A DNA stretch of 64,000 nt from an uncultured Candidatus Entotheonella sp. (GTDB lineage Bacteria > Tectomicrobia > Entotheonellia > Entotheonellales > Entotheonellaceae), in assembly GCA_965217185.1 (NCBI GenBank), contig OZ244252.1, positions 1,344,001 to 1,408,000 of the forward strand, in the 5' to 3' direction. A model generated the notes under the pieces. The model did no database searches and was not told the origin of the DNA. It saw nothing but the letters and a program-made list of their open reading frames with translations. Positions within the stretch are counted from its first letter, which is position 1. Each line of letters starts with the position of its first letter. The position numbers were made by a program, and so were the translations under genes. Shown piece by piece: positions 29,706 to 39,526 of the stretch.

Positions 29706-30533
29706 TCACGGCCCTGCCGGTAGCTCGAAGGTCAGAGACGCCCAATAGCTGCGCCAATCCTCCGGGGCAGCCGCTGCGGCGGGAATCATGTGCACCGCCT
29801 TGACCAGCCACAGGCCGCTGCGGCGCAAGTTGAACTCGGCGCGCCCATCCGCGCCGCTCTGGGCCCGCTGCACTTCGTTCGGGGCACTCTTGTTAAGCGC
29901 CATCACCAGCGCGCCGGCCACCGGTTGGCCCTCATGCAGCAGTTGCACGGTCAGCGGCGCCGGGGCCGTCATGCGATACGGATTCGTTTCGGGTATGAGT
30001 TCCAGGGTCAGGCCGACCGGCTTGTTGTGGTGCGAGTCCTCGGCTGCATTGTCGCCATCAACCCATAAGAGAGACTTGGCGCAGCGCGAGTACGCCTCTT
30101 TGCCGGGTTGGTCACTCGTCCCGGCTTCGTGACGGGCTTCTAATATCGACTCAAGCCCCTCGGCCCGCAGGTACCTGTTGAACCGGTCGGCTGGGAGTTC
30201 GAGATAGGTAGGCATGTTTTCAAAGCTCACCACTTGCAAGCCGCTCTCCATCAGGCGGGCCATGCCGGCCGGGTCGCGCTGCAACGGCAACACCTCGAAC
30301 TGATGGGTGGCGCTATCAATGTGAAAGCGTTTCACCCGCGCGATGGAAAACGTCGCCGGCTCGCCGTTAAAACTCTCGCCGACCCGAAGATAGAACAATA
30401 CCCTGCTTTCCGGCTCGAGCTGAAAATTCGACGGCTCAATCCAGTAGTCGTGCGCCGCCGCGAACGGCACGGAGAACAGCATCAGTACCAGGAACAGCCA
30501 AACGTAGGGCATCCTTGGCCTCTCGGTGGACAT
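29706..30533 (-). CDS. DUF4198-family periplasmic protein (Ni/Co uptake-associated)
   Basis: Signal peptide AAA-HDYWIEP, YSRCAKSL, LELIPETNPY, GLWLVKAVHM, SYWASLTF. Confidence 0.85.
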   Translation of the reverse strand: MSTERPRMPYVWLFLVLMLFSVPFAAAHDYWIEPSNFQLEPESRVLFYLRVGESFNGEPATFSIARVKRFHIDSATHQFEVLPLQRDPAGMARLMESGLQVVSFENMPTYLELPADRFNRYLRAEGLESILEARHEAGTSDQPGKEAYSRCAKSLLWVDGDNAAEDSHHNKPVGLTLELIPETNPYRMTAPAPLTVQLLHEGQPVAGALVMALNKSAPNEVQRAQSGADGRAEFNLRRSGLWLVKAVHMIPAAAAAPEDWRSYWASLTFELPAGP

Positions 30534-30666
30534 TTTATCCTGCCTTCCTTGTTGTCGGGAGCGGACGAAACCCCTGAGCGTACGATGGCAACGGTTGCAG
30601 CGTTAAGGTACTTGCGACAACCGCCCTTCGTCAATGAGAGACCCGGCGGCGAACCACCGCCGTACG

Positions 30667-31563
30667 CTATTGAAACGCTTGCTGGAAACGTGCCACATTC
30701 TGCTGCATGACGCTCAGGAAATCGCCTTGCTGCGGCGTATTCCCACACGGATCGAAGACCAGGCTCTTGACTCCGAGCGCCTGCAGTTTGTCTGCGGAGG
30801 TCGGCAAGGGGTCACCTTCCCATAACATCCAGGCGGCCGCATGCCCTTGCAGAATGGACTGCAACCTCTGCCACTCCTCGTCATCCGGCATCACCTCGGG
30901 CTCCCACAAGACGCTTTGAAGGTTCAAGCCGTAGCGCTTGGCCAGGTACTGATAGACCGGGTGGGAGGCAAGCAAGGGTTGCGTGCGCTGCCGGGCCGCA
31001 ATCGTGTCGAGGCGCTCATCCAGAGCCAGCAGGTCTTGTTCGAGTTCGGCGTAACGCCGCTCAAAGGTGTCTTTATGCTCCGGGAGCAAGCGACTCAACC
31101 CCTCCGTGACCGCCTCGGCCTGCCGTGCGGCTTGGCGAAAGTCGAGCCAGGTGGTAAACGCCGTGCCGGCGTGCGAGTGCTCCCCGGTCGGACCGTGGCT
31201 GTGCGTACCCGTGTCTTGAATCTCGATATAGTCCGCTTTGAAACGCCTGGACGTATCGATCATTTTCGACTTCGGTAACGAGGCGGTTTTCAACCACTTG
31301 GCATAGGCGGCGCCGTTGATGAGGATCAAATCCGCCGCTTGAAACGCCGCAATCGTTTCCACATCCGGTTTCCAGAAGGCCGGATCCTCGTCAGTTGGAG
31401 CCGGGAACACCACGTGCACCTGTTCGGCCCCGATCCGCTCGGCAAAATACTGCAGCGGATAATTCACGACGTACACCGTCGGCTGGGCCCGGCTCTCCGT
31501 CCACGCCATCAAGCAGAGGCTGATTCCTAACCATGCGAGCATCCCTGAACGCATCAGAGACAT
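30667..31563 (-). CDS. Metal ABC transporter substrate-binding protein (ZnuA/TroA family)
   Basis: DLILINGA, His-rich loop THSHGPTGEHSH, TTWLD, SHPVYQY; GGAGG RBS. Confidence 0.88.
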   Translation of the reverse strand: MSLMRSGMLAWLGISLCLMAWTESRAQPTVYVVNYPLQYFAERIGAEQVHVVFPAPTDEDPAFWKPDVETIAAFQAADLILINGAAYAKWLKTASLPKSKMIDTSRRFKADYIEIQDTGTHSHGPTGEHSHAGTAFTTWLDFRQAARQAEAVTEGLSRLLPEHKDTFERRYAELEQDLLALDERLDTIAARQRTQPLLASHPVYQYLAKRYGLNLQSVLWEPEVMPDDEEWQRLQSILQGHAAAWMLWEGDPLPTSADKLQALGVKSLVFDPCGNTPQQGDFLSVMQQNVARFQQAFQ

Positions 31564-31782
31564 CCTGAACCTCCATTGGCTTCGTTGTTGTGCGATTTCA
31601 GAACGCAGATTGGCGAACAGCCGAAACTGCCTCAAACTCCTGCCGCCAAAATTCAAGGCTGGGGAACGCTGCCCTGCCGCCCGTCGCCTTGACCCACCCC
31701 GGTCGCTTCCATAGAATGCGCCGACCTGATCCCTGCACCCAAATCTCCCCGGCCCCCGAACAACCCAATGGAAAGGTCCCAA

Positions 31783-33216
31783 ATGGCAGCAGCACCCTTG
31801 CATTGGCAGACGATCCGTCAGTTATCGGAACAAATTCACAGCGGTCAATTATCGCCCGTCGAGTTGATGGAACATCTTCTCGACCGCGTCGAGGCGCTGG
31901 ATGACCGCCTGCACGCTTTCCGTCTGGTGCCGCGCGAACGCGCCGTGGCGGGCGCTCAGGCCGCCGAACTGGCGCTGCGGGCCGGGCGAGACACCGGACC
32001 GCTGCATGGGATTCCATACGCCGCCAAGGACATCATCGACGTGCAAGGCCTGCCCACCACCGCCGGATCGCCCTTGCTGGAGAATGCCATTGCCGATACC
32101 GACGCCACCGTGGTGCGCCGCCTCAACCAGGCCGGCATGCTGCTGCTGGGCAAAACCTACACGGTGCAGTTTGCGCTCGGCGCGCCGGGTGTCAACCACG
32201 ATCACGGCACGCCGCACAACCCCTGGCACGCCACCCACCACGTCCCCGGCGGCTCCAGCAGCGGCTCGGGCGTTGCCGTGGGGGCCGGTCTCGTGCCCGC
32301 TGCCTTGGGCACCGACACCGGTGGCTCCGTGCGCATTCCGGCGGCCCTGTGCGGCACCGTCGGCCTCAAGACAACCGTCGGCCAAGTCAGCCGGCACGGC
32401 GTGTTTCCCTTGAGTTGGACGCTGGATTCGGTTGGCCCGCTGGTGCGCTCGGTGGAAGACGCTGCGTTTCTCTATCAAGCCATGCGTGGCCCGGACCCGT
32501 TCGATTCCACCACCCGCGACGCCCCGCCCCAGGACGTTCTGGCCGGTCTGCACAACGGGGTGCGCGGCCTGCGCATCGCTTTTGTCGACAACGTCTTCTG
32601 GGACGACACCGACCCCGAAATCACTAGCGCCGTGCGGGCTTGCGGCGAGGTGTTTGCCAATCAGGGCGCACACGTGGATAGTCGCCCGTTGCCCGAAGCT
32701 GATGCCTCCCAGGAAGCCAATCAGAGCGGCATCATCAGTGCCACCGAGGCCTACTTCGCCCATTTGCAGCGTATGGGCGAGCGCTTCGAGGAATACGATC
32801 CGGTCGTCGCCTATCGCATTCTCCCGGCCAAAGACTTCTCCGCCGCCGATTACCTGCGCGCCCTACATGCCTGCACCACCCTGCAGGCCAACATCGCCCG
32901 CGCCCTGCAGGACATTGACGTATTTCTCGCTCCAACCACGATGATCCCCACCGCGCCGCTGGACGAAGTGGATGCCTCGCTGGACGCCTACACGCCCTTC
33001 AACCTGCGGTACTCGCGCAATACCCGCGTGGCCAACGTGCTCGGACTCTGTGCCCTCACCGTGCCCTGCGGCTTCACCAGCGAGGGGCTGCCTATCGGCC
33101 TCATGATCCACGGCAAGCCGCGCGACGAGGCCATGGTGTTGCGCGTCGGCCAAGCATTCGAGCAGGCGACCGACTGGCACCAGCGGACTCCTGACCTGCA
33201 GTGGGCCGAGCGGTAA
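31783..33216 (+). CDS. Amidase signature family protein
   Basis: GPLHGIPYAAKD, GGSSSGS, GTDTGGSVRIPA. Confidence 0.93.
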   Translation: MAAAPLHWQTIRQLSEQIHSGQLSPVELMEHLLDRVEALDDRLHAFRLVPRERAVAGAQAAELALRAGRDTGPLHGIPYAAKDIIDVQGLPTTAGSPLLENAIADTDATVVRRLNQAGMLLLGKTYTVQFALGAPGVNHDHGTPHNPWHATHHVPGGSSSGSGVAVGAGLVPAALGTDTGGSVRIPAALCGTVGLKTTVGQVSRHGVFPLSWTLDSVGPLVRSVEDAAFLYQAMRGPDPFDSTTRDAPPQDVLAGLHNGVRGLRIAFVDNVFWDDTDPEITSAVRACGEVFANQGAHVDSRPLPEADASQEANQSGIISATEAYFAHLQRMGERFEEYDPVVAYRILPAKDFSAADYLRALHACTTLQANIARALQDIDVFLAPTTMIPTAPLDEVDASLDAYTPFNLRYSRNTRVANVLGLCALTVPCGFTSEGLPIGLMIHGKPRDEAMVLRVGQAFEQATDWHQRTPDLQWAER

Positions 33217-33265
33217 TTGACGGACAAACCGTCATCGACAATCAGACAGAAAGGGAATTCCAAAT

Positions 33266-34369
33266 ATGAAAGCTGCCGTCCTTTCGGAAGTGGGCGGACG
33301 CCTGCAAGTCGAAGACATTCCCCGGCCAAAGCCCAAGGCCGGCGAGGTGTTGGTGCGCGTTGCCGCCTGCGGCGTCTGCCACACGGATCTGCACGTCGTC
33401 AAGGGTGAGGTCAACTTCCCGATGCCGTGCGTGCTGGGTCATGAGGTGTCCGGCACCGTGGAAGAAGTAGCGCCCGACGTATCGACCGTGCGCCGAGGCG
33501 ATCCCGTGGTCTGCGGCTTCATCATGCCGTGCGGTTTCTGCGACTACTGCGCGCGCGGCCGCGACGAACTATGCACCACCTTCTTCGCTATGAATCGCTT
33601 GCAAGGCACCTTGTACGACGGCGAGAGCCGCCTGCAGCGCCCCGACGGCTCGAAGTTGGCGATGTACAGCATGGGCGGCTTGGCGGAATACGCCGTGATG
33701 CCCGCTACCGGTGTGTTTGCGGCGCCCGCCGGCGTAGCGTTGTCCGACGCCTGCATTATCGGCTGCGCCATGATGACGGCGTACGGCGCCGTCAAGAACC
33801 AGGCGCAGGTGCAGCCGCGCGATACCGTGGCGGTGGTGGGCGCCGGCGGTGTGGGTTCCAACGTTATCCAGACCGCCCGAGCCTTCGGCGCCGGACAGAT
33901 CATCGCCGTGGACATCCGGGACGACAAGCTGGAAGCAGCGCGCGGCCTTGGCGCCACGCACACGGTGAACGCCGCGCAGGACGACCCGGTTGCCGGGGTG
34001 GCGGCGCTCACCGACGGCCAAGGGGTCGATATCGCCATCGAGGTGCTCGGGCGTCCGGAAACCGTGCAGAACGCCTTCATGATGACCCGCGACGGCGGCC
34101 GCACGGTGATTATCGGCGTCGCGCCCGGCACCACCACCGCGGCCATCGAGATTACCCGGCTGGTGCGGCGCGGCATCCAGGTCCTGGGCTCGTACGGCAG
34201 CCGCGTGCGCACCGACCTGCCGGAAGTCATTGCCATGGCGGCGCGCGGCCAGGTGAGCGTCTCGCAGCCCATCACGCGCCATTACACCCTCGACCAGGTG
34301 GACGAAGCCTACGCCACCCTCAATCGCGGCGATATTGTCGGGCGCGCCATCATCACGATGGACGGGTGA
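33266..34369 (+). CDS. Zinc-dependent alcohol dehydrogenase
   Basis: CHTD, GHE, CGFCDYC...C, GAGGVG. Confidence 0.93.
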   Translation: MKAAVLSEVGGRLQVEDIPRPKPKAGEVLVRVAACGVCHTDLHVVKGEVNFPMPCVLGHEVSGTVEEVAPDVSTVRRGDPVVCGFIMPCGFCDYCARGRDELCTTFFAMNRLQGTLYDGESRLQRPDGSKLAMYSMGGLAEYAVMPATGVFAAPAGVALSDACIIGCAMMTAYGAVKNQAQVQPRDTVAVVGAGGVGSNVIQTARAFGAGQIIAVDIRDDKLEAARGLGATHTVNAAQDDPVAGVAALTDGQGVDIAIEVLGRPETVQNAFMMTRDGGRTVIIGVAPGTTTAAIEITRLVRRGIQVLGSYGSRVRTDLPEVIAMAARGQVSVSQPITRHYTLDQVDEAYATLNRGDIVGRAIITMDG

Positions 34370-34374
34370 GGTAG

Positions 34375-35123
34375 GCCGGGTAAGGAGGTGGCATCGCTGA
34401 CATCCCCTCCCCTAAGAACTGTGCATGTGGCTTTCACCACACACAGCTCAAGCAAACCAGCCGTAGAATTCGTTGCCTCCAATGGCGCGCCCACTTATGG
34501 CCGGCGTCCTGGCTCTGTTTGCAACCTTGCTGGCTGCATCTAACATCCGCCAGAATAAGCCATCTTTGCCACGTCCTATGGCCGATCCACCAGTTGCACG
34601 TCAGCACCCTTTCGGGTCGGGCATGAGCCCTATCCAGCAGCTTATGATTTCGCTTTGCCTTTCGGCGGCTGGCATTCGCTTCTTGCAACCTCCTGTTCCC
34701 GCTGAAGAGTTGGCCCTTCCTCGCGGTCGGGTAACTGACCCGAAGGTCAGACCTCAACGGGGTTCCCCTGTTCCGCATTCCTGAGATACGATCGGGTTAG
34801 GTGCCTTCTCTACGCCGGAGCCTGTGGTGCGCGCGAAGGGAACCTGGGCGTTTCCCTTGTCACTTGCGGCCCTGCACCACCGTTTCATCCATCTTTTCGG
34901 TGGCTGTTGTTTACGACGCCTCCCGCGAAGGTTCATAGACATTCACCATACCGATCTTCGCCTTGCCCTGGGTCAGGTGATGGCTACCATTTCCATTGGG
35001 CTTTTCGTCCCAGCTTCAGACCCTGCCGTTACCAGCAATGCATGTGGGACTGGCGACCGGCCTGCACACTGGCCGGGATTTCTTCTACAGAATCACTCAT
35101 AGAATGCGACTTTCAGGTCGCAC
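34375..35123 (-). ncRNA. ORF-less group II intron (IIB-like, about 749 nt)
   Basis: 5' GTGCGACCTGAAAGTCGCA; 34-nt domain V at 34416-34449 (GAGCTGTGT GTGGT GAAA GCCAC AT GCACAGTTC); domain VI with bulged A ending TTACCCGGC; no RT ORF. Confidence 0.88.
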
Positions 35124-35415
35124 GCCCAGCAACAACATAGCCGTCACAGAGTGCCAAATTCGGCACAGGGGTCACCGGAGTAGTTTGGCAAGTTATTGGA
35201 AGGTTCCAAAAATAGCTGCCATTGTCAAACAGCGGACGCCGCCGGAAACTGGCAGGCGGGCGTTGGCGAGTGAGTTGGTTTGACATGGCTTCGTTAATCG
35301 CCCAATAACAAGAGGTCAAGAGGTATACTTGGGGAAGAGGGCATTGACCAAGGTCAGACTCAAAAGGCCGTCAAGAACGCGTACCGTAAGCTGGTTCAGA
35401 GCGAAAAAGGAGTCC

Positions 35416-35904
35416 ATGATGGACTCAGGCAGCGTCAGTAAATGGCTGGGGATTGGAGTTTCTGTCGTTGTGCTACTGGGGGCTGTATGGGGGCTTTTGA
35501 TGGCCTCAAACAACAAATTGCTATTGCAGATAAACAAGGAACGTGAACCGCTCCGAGAAGAAGTGACTAAGGTCCGCGAAGATGTGGGGGGCTTAACGGG
35601 CCGGATGGATGTCGCGCTTGAACAGTTGCAGTCTTTGCAAGCGAATTACGCTGCAATGAATGCGAGTCTGACTACGCTTGCCCATGATATGGGGGTAATG
35701 AGTGGAGATAGGAGCCCCGAGTTCGTAAGACGTCATACGACTTTCGTACTCTCCGTTGATGAACCCACTATGCGATTTGTAGGATTGGTCGAGAGTCTGC
35801 TAGATGCAGGTGTAACTTGGGAATTGATAACGAAGGCCACGGGTTTTGACGAGTCCCAATTTCAATTCCTTAAAGAACAACTCAAGGCTCGTCACAACGA
35901 GTAA
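35416..35904 (+). CDS. Single-TM coiled-coil protein with an Rpn-like C-terminal helical tail
   Basis: AAGGAG RBS; TM WLGIGVSVVVLLGAVWGLL; heptads; tail LLDAGVTWELITKATGFDE. Confidence 0.7.
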   Translation: MMDSGSVSKWLGIGVSVVVLLGAVWGLLMASNNKLLLQINKEREPLREEVTKVREDVGGLTGRMDVALEQLQSLQANYAAMNASLTTLAHDMGVMSGDRSPEFVRRHTTFVLSVDEPTMRFVGLVESLLDAGVTWELITKATGFDESQFQFLKEQLKARHNE

Positions 35905-35972
35905 CGTCTTGCCGCCATATTTTTCTATCGTGGATTACCATCCCTTCCTGTTTCATCTATGCACGACACAAA

Positions 35973-36761
35973 TCACGTCACCAGCCGGCGTTTTAGCAGG
36001 TGAATCGCGATCGGCAGAATGACGGCCGTGAGGCCCATCATGTATAGCGCCGACCACAGGTGTGTCAGCGCCAGTTGGCCTTTTGCGAACCCCTGCGCGA
36101 TGTGCACGCCCGGCGTCAACGGCAGCACCCAGGCCAGGGGTTCCAGAACGTCGGGCAGCACGGCGATCGGAAAGAATGAGCCGCTGAAAAAATAGAGCGG
36201 CGTTGCCACCACCGTGAATACCAGCGAAAGCGTGTGCGTGTTCGGTGACAACGCCGCGAAAATCAGTCCTATTGCGCCAATCTCCATGCCAACCAGCAGG
36301 GCCGCCAGAAGCATGCCGACAGCCCACGGCGACGTGATCCAGCCGAAAACTACGGCTACCGTGCCCACCGATATCGTCGTCAGCACCGCGCGGGTCATCG
36401 CCCATGCCACGTCCCCCAGGGCCAGCTCGGTGACGGTGACGGGCGCGGTCAGTGCGGTTTCGTAGAACCCGCCGGTAATGCGGTAGAAGACCCCCCACGA
36501 GCACTCGAAAATGGCGTGGATCATGGCCGAGGCCATGATGATGCCGGGCGTTACGAAAACGGAATACGGCACACCCTCGACCTCGTCCACCAGACGACCG
36601 ATGCCGAACCCCACCGCGACCAGTGCGAATGCCGGTTCGACCAGGTACCAGGTCGTCGCCACCTTCCAGATACGCTTGAGCGCCACGGCATGCCGCAGCC
36701 ACAGCGCCTGCACACTGCGCCACCGTATGCCGGCAGCCATCCATGCAGCTTGGGTCCTCAT
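35973..36761 (-). CDS. ABC-2 type exporter permease (NodJ-like)
   Basis: YSVFVTPG, FFSGSFFPI, LPLTPGV; six TMs. Confidence 0.88.
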   Translation of the reverse strand: MRTQAAWMAAGIRWRSVQALWLRHAVALKRIWKVATTWYLVEPAFALVAVGFGIGRLVDEVEGVPYSVFVTPGIIMASAMIHAIFECSWGVFYRITGGFYETALTAPVTVTELALGDVAWAMTRAVLTTISVGTVAVVFGWITSPWAVGMLLAALLVGMEIGAIGLIFAALSPNTHTLSLVFTVVATPLYFFSGSFFPIAVLPDVLEPLAWVLPLTPGVHIAQGFAKGQLALTHLWSALYMMGLTAVILPIAIHLLKRRLVT

Positions 36762-37711
36762 TTGTCCCCGAGCCCCCTGCCCGCCACAGCGAGAAACACG
36801 TCCTCCAGGTTGCCGGGGCGATAGGTGATACGCACGCCGTCCATCGGCGGCACCTGCGGCCGCTGGCCGTTGTGGGCTGCAACGTGGATCGTCGTACCGA
36901 CCTCGCGCCAAGCGAAGCCGGACGCGGCCAGCGCGGCCCGAACCGCAGTCCGCGCGTCCGTTGCCAGGCGAAGCTGCGCCACCTCGGTGCTGGCGTGCCG
37001 CGCGATCAGCTCGTCGGGTGTACCCTCATCCAGAATGCGGCCCAGGTGCATGATAGCAATGCGGTCGCACAAGGCCGCTGCTTCCTCCATATAGTGCGTG
37101 GACATCAAAATCGTGACGCCCGATGCCTTGAGGACGGCCAGCTTCTCCCACACAAGGTTGCGGCCCTGCGGGTCCAATCCGGTGGTTGGCTCGTCGAGGA
37201 TGATGACGTCCGGCTCCATCATGAAAGCGCGGGCAATCGCCAATCGGCGCTTCATGCCGCCTGACAAGTGATCGATGTCGTCGTTGGCCCGGTCGCTCAA
37301 CCCGAAGAACGCCAGCACCTCAGTGGCCCGACGCTTCGACTCGCGGCGTGACAGGCCCGAGAAGTAACCGTACGTTTCCAGATTCTGCTGCACCGTCAGA
37401 TCGGTATCGAGGCCGTCCTGCTGCGTCACCACGCCAAGGCGCTTGCGCACCGCCCGGCCTTGGTGCGTGACGTCCAATCCCGCCACCATAAGTTCGCCGC
37501 CGGTCAGCGGCGACAGGGCGCTCAGCAGGCGCATCAGGGTGGTCTTGCCAGCGCCGTTCGGGCCCAACAGGCCATAGGTTTCGCCCGACATGACGTCGAA
37601 CGTCACACCGGCCACGGCTGTCGTGGAGCCAAAACGCTTCACGATATCGCGCCCTCGGATGATTGCCTGGGTGTTCGGTCCGCGGGTCGTTTCAATCGGC
37701 ATGTCTGTCAA
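36758..37711 (-). CDS. ABC exporter ATP-binding protein (NodI-like)
   Basis: GPNGAGKTT, LSGGMKRR, LDEPTTGLDPQ, STHYMEEA, NLEDVFL. Confidence 0.92.
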   Translation of the reverse strand: MTDMPIETTRGPNTQAIIRGRDIVKRFGSTTAVAGVTFDVMSGETYGLLGPNGAGKTTLMRLLSALSPLTGGELMVAGLDVTHQGRAVRKRLGVVTQQDGLDTDLTVQQNLETYGYFSGLSRRESKRRATEVLAFFGLSDRANDDIDHLSGGMKRRLAIARAFMMEPDVIILDEPTTGLDPQGRNLVWEKLAVLKASGVTILMSTHYMEEAAALCDRIAIMHLGRILDEGTPDELIARHASTEVAQLRLATDARTAVRAALAASGFAWREVGTTIHVAAHNGQRPQVPPMDGVRITYRPGNLEDVFLAVAGRGLGDK

Positions 37712-37884
37712 CGGATGGTCTCAACTGAGTTCAAGAAGGGTTGTGTTGTGGTTTGTCGAGAGGCAGTTCAGGCAACTGTATTTTTACCCCCTGGGTTTGT
37801 CAAACGCGCGCCCATGGGCCTTGCCCGTGACCAACCTGCCACGTATGATGCCCAAAATAGATTTCGTAGTACGAAGGAGAGCCA

Positions 37885-39027
37885 ATGGGACCGCTTGAAG
37901 GAGTGAAAATCGTTGAATTCGGTGGCATCGGTCCGGCCCCGATGTGCGCGATGCTGCTGGCCGATATGGGCGCGGAGATTCTGCGCATCGACCGCTTGCA
38001 GCCGTCCAACCTGGGCATCCCGGTGCCGCCGCGCTATGCGGTGATGGAACGCAGCCGCCGCTCGCTTGCCGTCGATCTCAAGAATCCCCAGGGGCTGGAG
38101 GCCGTGCGGCGCCTGCTGGATCAGGCGGATGCGCTGATCGAAGGCTTTCGGCCAGGTGTCATGGAGCGGCTGGGGCTCGGCCCTGATACCTGCTTGGCGC
38201 GTAACCCGCGAATCGTTTTTGGCCGTGTGACCGGATGGGGACAGGAAGGCCCGTTGGCGCAGGCGGCAGGGCACGATATCAACTACATCAGCCTGACCGG
38301 CGCGGCGCACGCCATCGGCAGACCGGGGCAGCCGCCGACGCCGCCTCTCAATCTGGTCGGCGATTTCGGCGGCGGGGCGCTGTATCTGGCCCTCGGCATC
38401 GTGGCGGCCCTGTTGGAAGCCCGCGAGTCGGGCAAGGGGCAAGTGGTGGACGCCGCCATGGTGGACGGCGCCGCGTCGCTGATGGCCTCGACCTATGGCA
38501 TGTACGCCGCCGGTCGGATTGACAACCGCCGGGGCGAGAATCTCCTGGACGGCGGCGCCCATTTCTACGATGCCTACGAAACCGCTGACGGCAAGTACAT
38601 TTCCATCGCCGCTATCGAGGCCAAGTTCTACGCTGACCTGCTGAATCGCCTCGGGTTGGTTGACCAGGACATGCCGCCCCAGATGGAGCGCGACCGTTGG
38701 CCTGAACTGAAGGAGCGTCTGGCGAAACTCTTCCGAACCAAAACCCGCCAGCAATGGTGCGACATCCTGGAAGGCACGGACGTCTGCTTTGCACCGGTTC
38801 TCGACCTTGACGAGGCGCCTCGACACCCCCACAACGTCGTTCGTCAAACATTTGTCGAGGTCGATGGTGTCACGCAACCGGCGCCGGCGCCGCGCTTCAG
38901 CCGTACCCCGGCGCGCATCCAAAGCGCCCCGGCGGCAGCGGGTGAACACACCGAGGAAGGCTTTCGGGATTGGGGATTCTCCCAGGAAGAGATTGCACAC
39001 CTACGCGCCGCCGACGCCATCGCGTAG
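37885..39027 (+). CDS. CaiB/BaiF family III CoA transferase (alpha-methylacyl-CoA racemase-like)
   Basis: [48 protein letters not shown]. Confidence 0.93.
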   Translation: MGPLEGVKIVEFGGIGPAPMCAMLLADMGAEILRIDRLQPSNLGIPVPPRYAVMERSRRSLAVDLKNPQGLEAVRRLLDQADALIEGFRPGVMERLGLGPDTCLARNPRIVFGRVTGWGQEGPLAQAAGHDINYISLTGAAHAIGRPGQPPTPPLNLVGDFGGGALYLALGIVAALLEARESGKGQVVDAAMVDGAASLMASTYGMYAAGRIDNRRGENLLDGGAHFYDAYETADGKYISIAAIEAKFYADLLNRLGLVDQDMPPQMERDRWPELKERLAKLFRTKTRQQWCDILEGTDVCFAPVLDLDEAPRHPHNVVRQTFVEVDGVTQPAPAPRFSRTPARIQSAPAAAGEHTEEGFRDWGFSQEEIAHLRAADAIA

Positions 39028-39084
39028 GCAACACAACGTAACGCATCAACACAACGTAACACACCAAAACGTAACACACCAAAA
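39028..39084 (+). repeat. Short A/C-rich direct repeats (3 x AACGTAAC core)
   Basis: CAACACAACGTAACGCAT CAACACAACGTAACACAC CAAAACGTAACACAC CAAAA directly before the RBS. Confidence 0.8.
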
Positions 39085-39095
39085 GGAGAGTCAGA

Positions 39096-39518
39096 ATGGA
39101 TTTTACGCAGGCCCGCCCGTTTCTCGAAAGCCATCACTGGGGCATTGTGACCACCCATCAGCGCAACGGTGCGGCTCAGAACAGCATCGTATACTGCGGC
39201 GCGTACCAGGATCAGGCCGTCTTCGTGGCGGTGTACGGAAAGTCCGCCAAGGTGCGCAACTTGCGACGGGACCCGCGCTGCACCGTGCTAGCTGTGGCCA
39301 AGGACTGGCGCAGTTGGGTGACCGTGGAGGGCGAAGTGGAACTGTTTGATTATTCCAACACGGAGGGCGAAAAAATGCGGGTTTTGTTCCGCGAGATGTT
39401 TCGCGCCTGCGGCGACCACGAGCATCCCGATTGGGAAGATTATGACCGCGCCATGGTGGATCAGGGCGCTGTGGGGGTGCTGGTGCGCCCGCAGCGTGTT
39501 TACGGTCTGCTTCGCTGA
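39096..39518 (+). CDS. PPOX-class F420-dependent oxidoreductase
   Basis: AKVRNLRRDPRCTV, VTVEGE, HPDWEDYDRAM. Confidence 0.85.
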   Translation: MDFTQARPFLESHHWGIVTTHQRNGAAQNSIVYCGAYQDQAVFVAVYGKSAKVRNLRRDPRCTVLAVAKDWRSWVTVEGEVELFDYSNTEGEKMRVLFREMFRACGDHEHPDWEDYDRAMVDQGAVGVLVRPQRVYGLLR

Positions 39519-39526
39519 TACCCGCC

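Noticed and set aside
34434..35283. Short ORFs within or around the intron as intron-encoded protein
   Set aside because: No RT (YADD), maturase or endonuclease motifs
35973..37711. Nodulation function for the NodI/J-like exporter
   Set aside because: No nod biosynthetic genes; generic ABC-2 family with unknown substrate
39028..39084. CRISPR array
   Set aside because: Units are 15-18 nt with no unique spacers and no cas genes
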